DNA of 64,000 nucleotides from a virus (IMGVR_UViG_3300028591_000078:96001-160000); one strand, 5' to 3'. Counted from the first letter of the stretch, positions 29,792 to 40,230 are shown. Notes: generated from the sequence alone by a model not told the origin. Translations and numbers: made by a program.

Positions 29792-30853
29792 ATGACTCAC
29801 AGAGATATATATGAATTCATAAAGCAGAATATACCATGTAAATCTGCTGCTGGAGGTAGGCAGTTAATAACTATCTGTCCTTTTCCAGATTGTAATGATA
29901 AATCAGGACATATGTATATCGGACCATTTGATAACTCAGATTCTCCGATAAGATATAATTGTTTTAAATGTAATCATAGTGGGTTAGTAACCCCAAAGTT
30001 TTTCAGTATGTATGGTATATATGCTGATGACTTTAATAAAGCTATTACAGAGTTTATAGCAAATGCTCCTAAGTATATTAATAATAAGACCAACTCTATA
30101 AGATCTTTCAATATAGTGAATGATTATATAAGTTTTGGTAATATAACAGATCAGAAGCTAGCTTATATTAATAATAGACTAGGTTCTAATCTGACTTATC
30201 AAGACTGTATAGATTTAAAGATAGTATTGAATCTATATGATCTCCTTGCTAGGAATAATATAGACAGACTTACCAGAGATAAGTCTGTTGTAGATATACT
30301 GAATAATCACTTTGTGGGATTCTTATCATCTGATAACAATAATATCAATATGAGAAATATCAGAGATCCTGGAGTATTGCCAGAGTTTGTAGATGAGAGA
30401 TATATAAATTACAGAATCTTTAATACTAGAGACTCTTGTAAATATTATATGATTCCTACATCTATAGATCTTACCAGTCCTTTGCCAATAGATGTATTCA
30501 TTGCTGAAGGTGTATTTGATATTCTAGGAGTCTATTTGAATATTACTAATAGGAATAGATTCAGAACCTTATATACTAATATCAGTGGCAAAGGATATAC
30601 TAATCTGATAGAATATTTATTATGTAATCTTGGATTAAGTAATATTAATCTACACATCTGTCCTGATGCAGATGTAACAGATTATGAGATTTCAGAGATT
30701 GCACAGTTCATCAGACCCTTCAATTTTAATGTATATATACACCGTAATATTTATAAAGACTCTAAGACAGGAAAATATGAAAAGGATTTTGGTGTTCCAC
30801 CTTCCCGTATCATAGATAATTGCATTCAAATACAAAAAAGAAACGAGTACTAG
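29792..30853 (+). CDS. DNA primase
   Basis: Zn finger CPFPDC..H...CFKC; TOPRIM IAEGVFD and DAD; C-terminal KDFG. Confidence 0.85.
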   Translation: MTHRDIYEFIKQNIPCKSAAGGRQLITICPFPDCNDKSGHMYIGPFDNSDSPIRYNCFKCNHSGLVTPKFFSMYGIYADDFNKAITEFIANAPKYINNKTNSIRSFNIVNDYISFGNITDQKLAYINNRLGSNLTYQDCIDLKIVLNLYDLLARNNIDRLTRDKSVVDILNNHFVGFLSSDNNNINMRNIRDPGVLPEFVDERYINYRIFNTRDSCKYYMIPTSIDLTSPLPIDVFIAEGVFDILGVYLNITNRNRFRTLYTNISGKGYTNLIEYLLCNLGLSNINLHICPDADVTDYEISEIAQFIRPFNFNVYIHRNIYKDSKTGKYEKDFGVPPSRIIDNCIQIQKRNEY

Positions 30854-30868
30854 ACTCGTTTCTTTTTT
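30834..30868. terminator. Bidirectional intrinsic terminator between the primase and the array
   Basis: AAAAAAGAAACGAGT-ACTAG-ACTCGTTTCTTTTTT. Confidence 0.8.
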
Positions 30869-33331
30869 CATTACCGATCGATGATATTTACTTTTCAGTG
30901 ATTCATTATTCGTTGATGATATTTAGTGATATCTGATTCATTACAAGTCGATGATATTTAAAGTTCAATGATTCATTATACCAAGGTGATAATTATCCTC
31001 TGGTGATTCATTATTCTTATCTGATATCTAGTTCTCAGCGATTCAATAAATCTTTTTGATATTTGCATTTCGGTGATTCAATATGCTTATCTGATCTTTA
31101 CTTTTCAGTAATTCATTGTGCCACTGTGATAATTATTCATCGATGATTCGATATTCAAACCTAATAATTAGGTTTCAATGATTCATTGAAATGATATGAT
31201 ATTTAATGATGTTTAACTCATTACCGATAGATGATATTTATAAGTCGGTGATTCATTATTTGTTCATGATATTTAAGGGTGGGTAATTCATTATACAGAG
31301 GTGATACTTATCCTCTAGGTGATTCAATGCTCAAGGCGCTGATAATTGGGTCGCGATGATTCATTATGTGATCATGATATTTATTAATATTTAACTCATT
31401 AGAAGTCAATGATACTTAGATGTACAATGATTCATTAAACAACTGTGATATTTAATGATCTATAATTCATTACTGAGTAATGATACTTATATTTCCAGTG
31501 ATTAATTTATTTTCATTGATACTTAGCACTGGGTGATTCTTTAATTTCTGTTGATACATAGTTTTAAATGATTCGATACTGTACGATGATACTTAGCAAG
31601 CTGCGATTCATTACGCAATACTAATACTTATTTCGTTATAATTCATTAAAATCCTCTGATATTTACCAATTCTTGATTCCATAAAACCTGAAGATAATTA
31701 TTAACCATTGGGTCATTAAAGGAAAATGATACATAGCTTGAATTAATTCAATACTGGATGATGATACTTACCCGAGAATAATTCATTATTATTCATTGAT
31801 ACTCTCATAACTATAATTCAACAGAATCGGTTGGTATATAATTATAATTAATTCAATACATTGCCTTGATATTTAGTAATAGATGATTCCATATTTTGTA
31901 GTGAATACTTAGTCATTTTTTATTCAGTAATATGCTGTGATAATTACTTAACCATAATTCATTAGAATCAACTGATACTTAGATAGAAATAATTCAATAA
32001 CAACCCTTGATATTCTAACAGAATCGATTCGTTATATAAATTTGATATATATCATGTTTTAACTCTTTAACCTAATATGATAAATTCGCTCATTCTAATT
32101 CATTATTAGGACTTGATACTTAGCTTGAATTAATTCATTAAGGTGGTCTGATACCTTTGACGAAATAAATCAATAAGTCTCGTTGATATTTAATTTTTCA
32201 TGGTTCATTAAGACTATATGATATTTATATTAATTTAATTCAATAGATCTGGATGATACTTGCTTCTGTATAATTCATTAGCTTGCTTTGATATTTATAT
32301 TATTTTGATTTAATAATCCTTGATGATATTTAGATGTCGATGGTTCATTATCCCTTTATGATATTTATTCGGTACTGGTTCATTGCGCCGATTTGATATT
32401 TACATCTAACTAATTCATTATGATGATGTGATATTTAATAATATGCAATTCAATATTCGCGTTTGATATTTATTATGTCCTGGTTCAGTAAAATAGTATG
32501 ATGCTTATTACTAGATAATTCTTTAAATTCCATTGATATATAATTTGACATGATTCATTAAATTTCAATGATACTTAGACGAAGCTAATTCATTACACTG
32601 CGGTGATATATAGTTTGTTTTGATTCATTAAACTTCAATGATATTTAGTAAGTCTTAATTCATTACGATTAAGTGATACATTGAGAGACCTAATTCAATA
32701 TGGTTTGATGATACTTTCAGATTTATAATTCCTTAAATCCACATGATATTTATTTACTGCAGATTCTTTAAGTTCTATTGATACGTAGTTTGCTGTGATT
32801 CATTAATGGTCAATGATACTTAGTTAAATTTAATTCTTTATATTCCACTGATACTTATTTTAAGATGATTCTTTAAAGTATCTTGATACTTATTGAGGTT
32901 TAATTCGTTAAGACTCATTGATACTTATTAAGCAATAATTTAATACTCCTGGATGATGCTTAGGATTTGATTGGTTCATTAACTTTTAATGATATTTAAT
33001 TCGATTTGATTCTTTAAATTCTCTTGATACATAGTTTGATATGATTCATTATAATTATTTGATACTTATCGGAGTATAATTCAATAGCTATATCTGATAC
33101 TTAGTACGATTTGATTCTATAGTGCACAAATGATACTTAGCCATGTTTAATTCATTAAAGCTCGATGATAATTACATATTCATGATTCATTATTTAACTT
33201 TGACATTTAAGACCACTTAACTCATTACAACTCGATGATACTTAATAGATAATAATTCATTATATCATTTTGATATTTATTGTCGTTTTGATTCGTTATT
33301 TGACCTTTGATACTTTGAACTTCTTAACTCA
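30864..33331 (-). repeat. Dual-repeat tandem interspaced array (TIGR-like guide-RNA array), 70 units of ~35 nt
   Basis: Plus strand: T(G/A)ATTCATTA-N8-TGATA(T/C)TTA-N8, period 35 nt (a few 36-37), counted across 70 periods; spacers variable; no ORF in the track; flanked by a minus-strand early promoter and a terminator. Confidence 0.9.
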
Positions 33332-33336
33332 CTCTA

Positions 33337-33346
33337 ATAATATATG
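33337..33346 (-). promoter_or_regulatory. Early-type promoter (CATATATTAT) pointing into the array
   Basis: Same 10-mer as at 12011-12020; lies immediately before the first repeat on the minus strand. Confidence 0.65.
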
Positions 33347-33413
33347 ACCAAAAAAAGCAACTTTTTCACAAGGTCAACATATCTATAATATAAAACTTGT
33401 GAGGAGGTTTAGT

Positions 33414-34631
33414 ATGGGTAAATTTGTCAATAAAACTTATACTAATACTGTCAATAATTTGGTAGATAGCCAAATTAAGAAGTATGATAATGCTAATTAT
33501 GTCTTTAATGACAAAGCCCCTTATATTGTAGACTTCTATAATCCTAATAATGCTACTACTTTAGCGGAAGGATCTAGACTTAGTTTTGAATCTATAGGAC
33601 CTAATAGCCCTGTTAAATACTCATATATCAAAGACGCAGTAATATACATCTCTGGAGGTAGAATAGAGTTTAACCTTGAAATCGGAGAGTTTGGCACAGA
33701 AGCTTCTGGTGTAGAAGGTGAGGCTTATATACTTCCTAATACGTTTAAACCTATGCCAGGTGCATTCTTTGTATTCAATCATGCTAGTAAAGACTATCTA
33801 TTTATAGTAACTGGTGTTGATATGGATACTATGGAGAATGGAAACAACTGGTATAAGATGCAGTATGCATTATACTATATAGGAAAAGAGACTTATGATA
33901 AACTCAAGAAACAAGTTACAGAGAATTACCATATGATCTCTGACAATATAGGAACAGAGTTTAAGTCTGTAATCAGACAGACTGACTATGATCTTATAAA
34001 CAAAGTAGAACCCTTACTGGATGATATAAGAACATTCTACAACTCGATGTTTTTCAAAGAGTCTCTCCAGACATATGTATTCTATACAGAAGACAATAAA
34101 TATTTCTATGATCCGTATACAATAGAATTTATGTCTAGAACTGGCATAATGAACGATTCTAATCATTATATCTATATAACTCAAGCATTACATCTTCCTA
34201 CTACATTCCCTATCGAATATGATAGAAGCTTCTGGAAGTGTTTTGAAACCAGAAATTGGGAGAAGCTTCCTACTAATAATGCATTCGGTAGATATATAGA
34301 GGATCCGAATTCATTGTTTGTAACCAGACTCGAAGATTACTATTATGCTATCTATACTCCTGATCTGTGGTTCAACTGCTGGCAGCCTCTTGATGAGAAG
34401 GTTATAGGAAATATACAGAATAGACTCTACTATCCTTTTGATGATCCTAAGGCTATATATAATATACTTACAGATTACTTTAGAAATCCCGAGTCTATAA
34501 TCTCTGCAGAGAATCTCAAGGCTATAGATGATCTTGATATGATTCCTACTAGAGACCTCTTTTATCTTATACCATTGATTATATTCTGTATGGAAAGTGC
34601 TATAAAATCAATGCTTCTAACATATAAGTAA
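33414..34631 (+). CDS. Putative virion structural protein
   Basis: Late promoter at 33376-33387, RBS GAGGAGG, ATG 33414. Confidence 0.65.
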   Translation: MGKFVNKTYTNTVNNLVDSQIKKYDNANYVFNDKAPYIVDFYNPNNATTLAEGSRLSFESIGPNSPVKYSYIKDAVIYISGGRIEFNLEIGEFGTEASGVEGEAYILPNTFKPMPGAFFVFNHASKDYLFIVTGVDMDTMENGNNWYKMQYALYYIGKETYDKLKKQVTENYHMISDNIGTEFKSVIRQTDYDLINKVEPLLDDIRTFYNSMFFKESLQTYVFYTEDNKYFYDPYTIEFMSRTGIMNDSNHYIYITQALHLPTTFPIEYDRSFWKCFETRNWEKLPTNNAFGRYIEDPNSLFVTRLEDYYYAIYTPDLWFNCWQPLDEKVIGNIQNRLYYPFDDPKAIYNILTDYFRNPESIISAENLKAIDDLDMIPTRDLFYLIPLIIFCMESAIKSMLLTYK

Positions 34632-34661
34632 TTTTAACCTTCATAAAAGGGGGAATTTCCA

Positions 34662-34853
34662 ATGCCTAACAGCTTTGAACAGCTTCTTCTTGAAGAGATG
34701 CTTGAAGATGAAGATGATTATCTTTATGACGATTTCTCTTTTATTGATGCTCTGATAGATGACGATGATGAATCATTGTTTGCTACAGATGATGTCGATG
34801 AAGAAGATATATTTGATGAAGATGAAGAAGAGGAGGATGAAGAAAATGTTTGA
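34662..34853 (+). CDS. Small highly acidic protein
   Basis: 63 aa, over half D/E; own late promoter at 34619-34630. Confidence 0.6.
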   Translation: MPNSFEQLLLEEMLEDEDDYLYDDFSFIDALIDDDDESLFATDDVDEEDIFDEDEEEEDEENV

Positions 34854-35238
34854 TATCGAAGACATCATGTATGATGATTATATCCCGATACTCGATGATG
34901 ATTGTGATGAATATCTTGATGCAGAGTGTGATGAACTCTCATGCGAGTGTGAATCTACAGTAGGTGCTATGCTTGATGATGAAATCGAAGCTATGCAGGA
35001 GCAGGGAATATTAAATGAGTCATTTGAATACATCGATGCAGATGGTAATACAGTATGTAAGTGCGACGATGAAGATGACGACGATGATGAAGATGATTCA
35101 GATGACGTTCATTATTATATAGATGATGGTACTGAGGACGATGAAGATGATGACGATGATGATTACGAGGATTCTGATCCATCTGAAGATTATGCCGCAG
35201 TTCAAGACTTAGAAGTACAGGTACGGGAGGAAGATTAA
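34846..35238 (+). CDS. Highly acidic, Cys-containing protein
   Basis: ATG 34846 after GAGGAGGA; poly-D/E tracts. Confidence 0.6.
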   Translation: MFDIEDIMYDDYIPILDDDCDEYLDAECDELSCECESTVGAMLDDEIEAMQEQGILNESFEYIDADGNTVCKCDDEDDDDDEDDSDDVHYYIDDGTEDDEDDDDDDYEDSDPSEDYAAVQDLEVQVREED

Positions 35239-35239
35239 T

Positions 35240-35737
35240 ATGGCTATATTAAATTCTAAAGATACTAAGCTTGTAAATGTATATACAAGATCTCCGATTC
35301 GTTCTATGAGTGGTATTCCGATAAGATCATCCATTAGATCGATAAAACTTACTATAAGTGATATCCATGCATGTATTATAGCAAAGGCTAGAGTTGAAGA
35401 GGTTCTTATTGATGGATCTGTAATCTCGCTCAACCTTGCTAATTACAATAAGGATAACAATGCAGAGCTTAAAGCTAAGCTTGAAAACAAGGAAGTTAAA
35501 GCTCCTGAGCTTGTTGAAGTAAAGAAGACTCCTAAGCCTAAAAAATCAACTCCTAAGGTAGAAGAGACAGTTGTTGAAGAACCTGCTCCTGTAGTAGAAG
35601 AAACTCCTATTGTTGAAGAAACAGTAGAAGAGACTCCTGCTGAAGAGGAAGTAGCAGAAGAAACAACTGAAACTGAGGAAGCTTCTGAAGAGCAGCCTGC
35701 TCCTAAGAAGAGAGGCAGAAAAAAGAAGAACTCTTAA
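35240..35737 (+). CDS. Hypothetical protein with E/P-rich tail
   Basis: 165-aa ORF ending PKKRGRKKK. Confidence 0.7.
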   Translation: MAILNSKDTKLVNVYTRSPIRSMSGIPIRSSIRSIKLTISDIHACIIAKARVEEVLIDGSVISLNLANYNKDNNAELKAKLENKEVKAPELVEVKKTPKPKKSTPKVEETVVEEPAPVVEETPIVEETVEETPAEEEVAEETTETEEASEEQPAPKKRGRKKKNS

Positions 35738-35960
35738 AAAATAAACCCGTAGGCACTGTGCCTACGGGTTAAGGTTTGTTTTTGGACCTGATTCCAACTG
35801 ACCCAATGTCCAAATATGATACATATCAGTATATGAAGGAGGTAATTATCTACAATAAGCAATTAGTCATGTGTTGTACCCACAGTCTGATTATCATCCA
35901 TGGCTAACACCTCCTACCTTCTGACACTATTATAATATATTGATCAGAAATTAGAGTTTA

Positions 35961-37601
35961 TCAAAATTCAGGATTAGTAAACTTTACTGTGTCATCGGGA
36001 CACATAGTTAAGCTATACATAGTCTGAATACCTTCTTTATTCTGCTGCAGCATATTAATACCATCAAGGCTAAGTATAGATGCATTAGAGTGTAAGAATT
36101 TATCCAACTCAGCATTAGCTTTCTTTGTATATATAGGTTTTGCAGACATCTGGTCACCATCATAGTCACCAGAAATATTTACAAGTCTAGTATTATGAGT
36201 GATAAGAGTATCTATAAAGTCACTAGATGTATTCTTGTACATATCTTCCTGTCTAATCTTAGGATAGAACTTAAGTACACCTTCACCAGGGAAGTATATA
36301 GTTTCAGTAGCCTTTGTAGAAGATATTATAATCTTAGCAGGATACTGGTTAAAGTATGAGTCTATAGGATATCTTGTAAGAAGAACATGTTTACCCTTAG
36401 TAACAGAGCAGCACGCTATATAGAAGAGATCGCACCAAGTCATATCTCTATCCATAGCTTCGAGCTTATCATAATCTCCTTCTGCATACTCTTTTGCAGT
36501 AATCTGTCTACCTTTAAATCTCATATATACAGGTTTAGAGAACTCTACAGGAACTTCAATAGGGATAAATCTATTAGAATATCCATGTATGAATCTATCT
36601 ATCTGCTTCTTTATATTTGCATCTCCATAATATATTTGCCAGTCTTTAAGAGGAAGCATCTTAACTTCTCCCTTATCTATAACTTCATATGAAGTTCTAC
36701 CAGCAAACTCATTCTCAAAGAATCTTCTTATATAGAATAATACGTAAGGATAGAAGTTTACCAGTGCAGAAGCTAAAGGTAATGCACAATGATAAGGATC
36801 TATCTCAAGATCTTCAAGCTTTTCTACCTTTAACTGAGGTGCAGATATTACCATACGAGTAGAATAGTCTGCAGTCTTAGACATATTAGTTCTTCTGATA
36901 ATACCAAGCTTACCAGGAAGATTACCACCAGTCTCTTCACCATTGATTGTAGTACCAGTACCGAACCAATCATAGATCTGAACTATAATCTCTTGTATTC
37001 TACCTCTAGTAGCATCAGATAAAGTAAGACCATAATCCTGAGATTCTTTCAATGATCTTACTGCTATAATCAGAGACTGATAAAGTTTATTGATTTCACC
37101 TAAACCAAGCTTAGCCTGTTCTGAATTTACATCTCTATAGTAAGGTGGTATAACTATGAACTTGTTGATGAATAGAGTATCCTTATGATCTTTAAGGAAT
37201 TTGATATTATCTACTCTCTTACCATGTCCGAAAGAGAGTTTATCAAGATTCTTCTTGAGGAACCTTACTCCTGTTTCACCGTCATTAGCTTCTTCTATAT
37301 CTCCATTACTATTAATCTTATAGGTAGAAGTGCCATGAACTACTCCACGTACCTTAGATTCTACCTTAGTCCAGATCTTATAATGTAAAGGATGTATAAA
37401 ATCCTCTCCGAGATCTATATATGCATATGTACCAGCTCTATCTTCTTTAGTAATACCAAATATCTGGTAAGATAAGAGCCCTTCAGGGGAAGGTGAGTTA
37501 TTATTATCGAAAGCTACAGGGTCTGTAATCTCTTTACAGTCATTAGCTTTGATGAATTTCTTGGCATCTAGCGGCCATATTTCAAAATGCTGTTCAGCCA
37601 T
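35961..37601 (-). CDS. Virion RNA polymerase beta' subunit, N-terminal part
   Basis: GLLSYQIFG, IPPYYRD, GKLGIIR...KTADYSTRMVI, TRYP, catalytic GDYDGDQM; late-type promoter variant (CACA-N6-TA). Confidence 0.88.
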   Translation of the reverse strand: MAEQHFEIWPLDAKKFIKANDCKEITDPVAFDNNNSPSPEGLLSYQIFGITKEDRAGTYAYIDLGEDFIHPLHYKIWTKVESKVRGVVHGTSTYKINSNGDIEEANDGETGVRFLKKNLDKLSFGHGKRVDNIKFLKDHKDTLFINKFIVIPPYYRDVNSEQAKLGLGEINKLYQSLIIAVRSLKESQDYGLTLSDATRGRIQEIIVQIYDWFGTGTTINGEETGGNLPGKLGIIRRTNMSKTADYSTRMVISAPQLKVEKLEDLEIDPYHCALPLASALVNFYPYVLFYIRRFFENEFAGRTSYEVIDKGEVKMLPLKDWQIYYGDANIKKQIDRFIHGYSNRFIPIEVPVEFSKPVYMRFKGRQITAKEYAEGDYDKLEAMDRDMTWCDLFYIACCSVTKGKHVLLTRYPIDSYFNQYPAKIIISSTKATETIYFPGEGVLKFYPKIRQEDMYKNTSSDFIDTLITHNTRLVNISGDYDGDQMSAKPIYTKKANAELDKFLHSNASILSLDGINMLQQNKEGIQTMYSLTMCPDDTVKFTNPEF

Positions 37602-37656
37602 ATTAGCCTCCTTGGATAATTAGTATTACTTATATGTGGAAATTTGGCAAATTTGA

Positions 37657-37677
37657 TTTCAATTATATATTATAATA
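37657..37677 (+). promoter_or_regulatory. Strong early promoter (copy 2)
   Basis: TTTCAATTATATATTATAATA. Confidence 0.75.
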
Positions 37678-37756
37678 TTGAAAAGCAAAAAATATCCACA
37701 TGATCCTGCATGATCATGTGGATACTTCAATCAGCTTCGGAAGGAAGTGATTTAAG

Positions 37757-37936
37757 ATGGAATGGTTTATCCATTACGATGGTACATCTAAAGACCTAGA
37801 TGTGTATGTAAAAAAGGTTGAGCAGAGCCCGAAGAAGCCCTGCTCGGCTACAGATGTGATAAACGATCTTGCTGTTAAGTACAACTGTAATAGCGGTTTA
37901 CTTGATCGCAAGATTAGTTTGCCACTCACTTCGTAG
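37757..37936 (+). CDS. Small early protein, 59 aa
   Basis: MEWFIHYDGTSKDLDVYVKK...LPLTS between a strong early promoter and a terminator; not in the ORF track. Confidence 0.6.
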   Translation: MEWFIHYDGTSKDLDVYVKKVEQSPKKPCSATDVINDLAVKYNCNSGLLDRKISLPLTS

Positions 37937-37997
37937 TACTATATTGTTAGTATTACGATAAAAAATAACGAGGGGTTAAATACCCCTCGTTATTTTT

Positions 37998-38306
37998 TTA
38001 GTATTTACTGAAAGACATCAATAGTGCATCGCCATTGCGAGTTATATTGATAGAGTAAGTTGTTCCATAGACAGTAATAAGATTACCGTCTAACTCATTT
38101 ATGAAACGGTCCAATTCCTTTTTCTCTGCATTCTCTACTTTGTAGTAGATAGCGCCAGAATCATCTACACTAGATGATATATCATAACCCTTATACTTAG
38201 ACATAATAGAATATGCTGCAAAGTTCTCGTCAAAGTACAAACGCATATATTCTACTGTATCTGAGGTTATAGTCTTAGTAAAATTTATGAGATTGCTATC
38301 GGACAA
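37998..38306 (-). CDS. Hypothetical protein
   Basis: TTG start after GAGGCGGTG. Confidence 0.65.
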   Translation of the reverse strand: MSDSNLINFTKTITSDTVEYMRLYFDENFAAYSIMSKYKGYDISSSVDDSGAIYYKVENAEKKELDRFINELDGNLITVYGTTYSINITRNGDALLMSFSKY

Positions 38307-38307
38307 C

Positions 38308-38481
38308 TTACATCACCGCCTCTTCCAATGTGTCCTCTAAAGCTTCAGCTTCTAATTGCTTTTTGCCTTCTTCAGAAGAATTCCTTTCATTTGCAATATT
38401 ATATAATACAAGGAACTCACCAGCTGGCATATCATAGAGTTCTCGATATGATATCCTTCCTTTATAAAAGGAGGATAACAT
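38308..38481 (-). CDS. Small ORF, tail/baseplate chaperone C-terminal-like (possible frameshift extension)
   Basis: MLSSFYKGRISYRELYDMPAGEFLVLY...; fills the gap, lacks an RBS, and lies in the -1 frame of the upstream gene. Confidence 0.55.
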   Translation of the reverse strand: MLSSFYKGRISYRELYDMPAGEFLVLYNIANERNSSEEGKKQLEAEALEDTLEEAVM

Positions 38482-38492
38482 CTCGCATCTTT

Positions 38493-40205
38493 CTACATAT
38501 TGTTTAAGGCTGCCAGCTGACGCCGTGTAAAAAGCATTGTCATAGGATCTCTTTCTTCCTTTGCAATCTTAGCGCCACACTTAGGACAAATGGTTTCGGG
38601 AGCAATGTATTTAAGAGTATTCTCCTTCTCGTCTATATCTGTAATAGCCTTGTTAAGGAGATACGTCTGATCTACATTAAACTTGCTGATTATCTTTGTA
38701 TAGGCTACAATCTTTCTCTTAACAGTCTTTACAAAGTCTGTTCTATCAGGCTTGTAGTCTATCGGAATAAGAGTCTTGTTTACAGCATCAATAAGGAAGA
38801 TCTGATCAACATAAGTAATTACACCAAGGAGATCACTATACTTATTGACAAACTCTGTATCAAGAGCAGCAGGCTCCATCTCTGCAGTATAAATACTAGG
38901 AGTCTTAATAGCGAATACATAATCATCTGTAATCTGTACAAGCTTAGCCTTATAAGATCCTGCAGATGTAGTATCACCACTTCTTATCTTTTCTACCATA
39001 TTCTTTACTTCATCATTAGGATATTCAACCATATCATCTACAGGAACTTCCTGCATGAATGTATGCTTGCATGCATCACAAGAATACGGTACAAGGTTTG
39101 TATCTTCAAATGTTGCCTTATATGCACAGAAGAATAATTCAGGGATATCTACCTCGGCAACAAGCTTAAGCCATGCTTCAAGAGAACCAGGCTTATTATC
39201 ATCAAGAAGATGATTATAGAAGACAGAAAATCTTTCTTTGGTAAGATTAAGCATATTTCTATCTCTTCTATTAGGATTGAGCTTCTCTATCTCAATACCA
39301 GAAAGTGCTGTCATAGCAACAGGCCTCTTAGCATTAAGCAGAGCCCAGTCAGCACTCTTAACTTCTGTTCTAGAAGGTGCATTAAGAATCTTAGCAGCAG
39401 AGATAGGCTTTCTAGAGATAGTGAATTCACTAAGATCAAAGCTCTTCTTTATAGGATGAATCTTAGATCTAATATCTTCCTTGAACTCGTCAAGTCTCTT
39501 CTGCTGTTCCTCTTCAGATTCTTCATTTTCAGGAGCATCTTCATCATCGTCTTCATCACTAAGACCGATAGCCTTTTCAAATTCTTCATCTGTAAGGCTA
39601 TCAGAAGTAAAGTCTATAGTAGGTTCAGGTTTCTTTTCTTCAACCTTTTCCTTAGGCTTTTCTTCTTCGCTAGGAGTATAGTCATAGTCTGAAACATCAG
39701 AAGTTTCTGTAGTAGTATTAGCTACATCATCTTCTTCCTCACCGAAAAGATCATCAACGTCATCATTTACTGTTGTCTTAGAGTTAAGTTTGATATTAGA
39801 CTTTTCAGTAGTCTTCCCATCTGCCTCTTCGAGAAGCTCTTCCATAGCCTTTTCATCCTTAATTTCCTCTACAGCTTCATTATACTCTTTGATCTTTTCC
39901 ATCTGAGGCTTAATAAGATTCTCTGTAAGATCCTTCTTATAGCGATCTGCAGCCTCATCGATCTTGAATATAGCGTTACCAAATACATCCTCTTCTGCCG
40001 GAGGTGCATCATCTACAGGTAAAGTCTTTGCTATATCAGTTATTCCTACAATATTACCAGGATTAAGCTGGCGATCCTTCCAATTAGGACGCTGTTTTCC
40101 AGGAACTTTCTCTTCTACATCTGCCTGAGTCTTGGGCTCAGTGGCTACTTCTTCTGCCTTGGTCTCAGGTGTCTTGAGATCATTAAGGGAAATATTCTCT
40201 GCCAT
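38493..40205 (-). CDS. Baseplate hub / tail assembly chaperone-like protein
   Basis: Acidic N-terminal half; CDAC and CPKCG Zn motifs; adjacent to a gp25-like gene. Confidence 0.55.
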   Translation of the reverse strand: MAENISLNDLKTPETKAEEVATEPKTQADVEEKVPGKQRPNWKDRQLNPGNIVGITDIAKTLPVDDAPPAEEDVFGNAIFKIDEAADRYKKDLTENLIKPQMEKIKEYNEAVEEIKDEKAMEELLEEADGKTTEKSNIKLNSKTTVNDDVDDLFGEEEDDVANTTTETSDVSDYDYTPSEEEKPKEKVEEKKPEPTIDFTSDSLTDEEFEKAIGLSDEDDDEDAPENEESEEEQQKRLDEFKEDIRSKIHPIKKSFDLSEFTISRKPISAAKILNAPSRTEVKSADWALLNAKRPVAMTALSGIEIEKLNPNRRDRNMLNLTKERFSVFYNHLLDDNKPGSLEAWLKLVAEVDIPELFFCAYKATFEDTNLVPYSCDACKHTFMQEVPVDDMVEYPNDEVKNMVEKIRSGDTTSAGSYKAKLVQITDDYVFAIKTPSIYTAEMEPAALDTEFVNKYSDLLGVITYVDQIFLIDAVNKTLIPIDYKPDRTDFVKTVKRKIVAYTKIISKFNVDQTYLLNKAITDIDEKENTLKYIAPETICPKCGAKIAKEERDPMTMLFTRRQLAALNNM

Positions 40206-40230
40206 AATATTGATTCCTCCATTTTATATA

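Noticed and set aside
30864-33331. CRISPR array
   Set aside because: Repeats are 9-10 nt and of two alternating types, spacers are only ~8 nt, and no cas genes are present
30864-33331. Protein-coding repeat or simple minisatellite
   Set aside because: The 35-nt period is not a multiple of 3 and the region is dense in stop codons; variation is confined mainly to two fixed windows per unit. An iteron-like origin next to the primase is not fully excluded, but the promoter/terminator bracketing favours an RNA.
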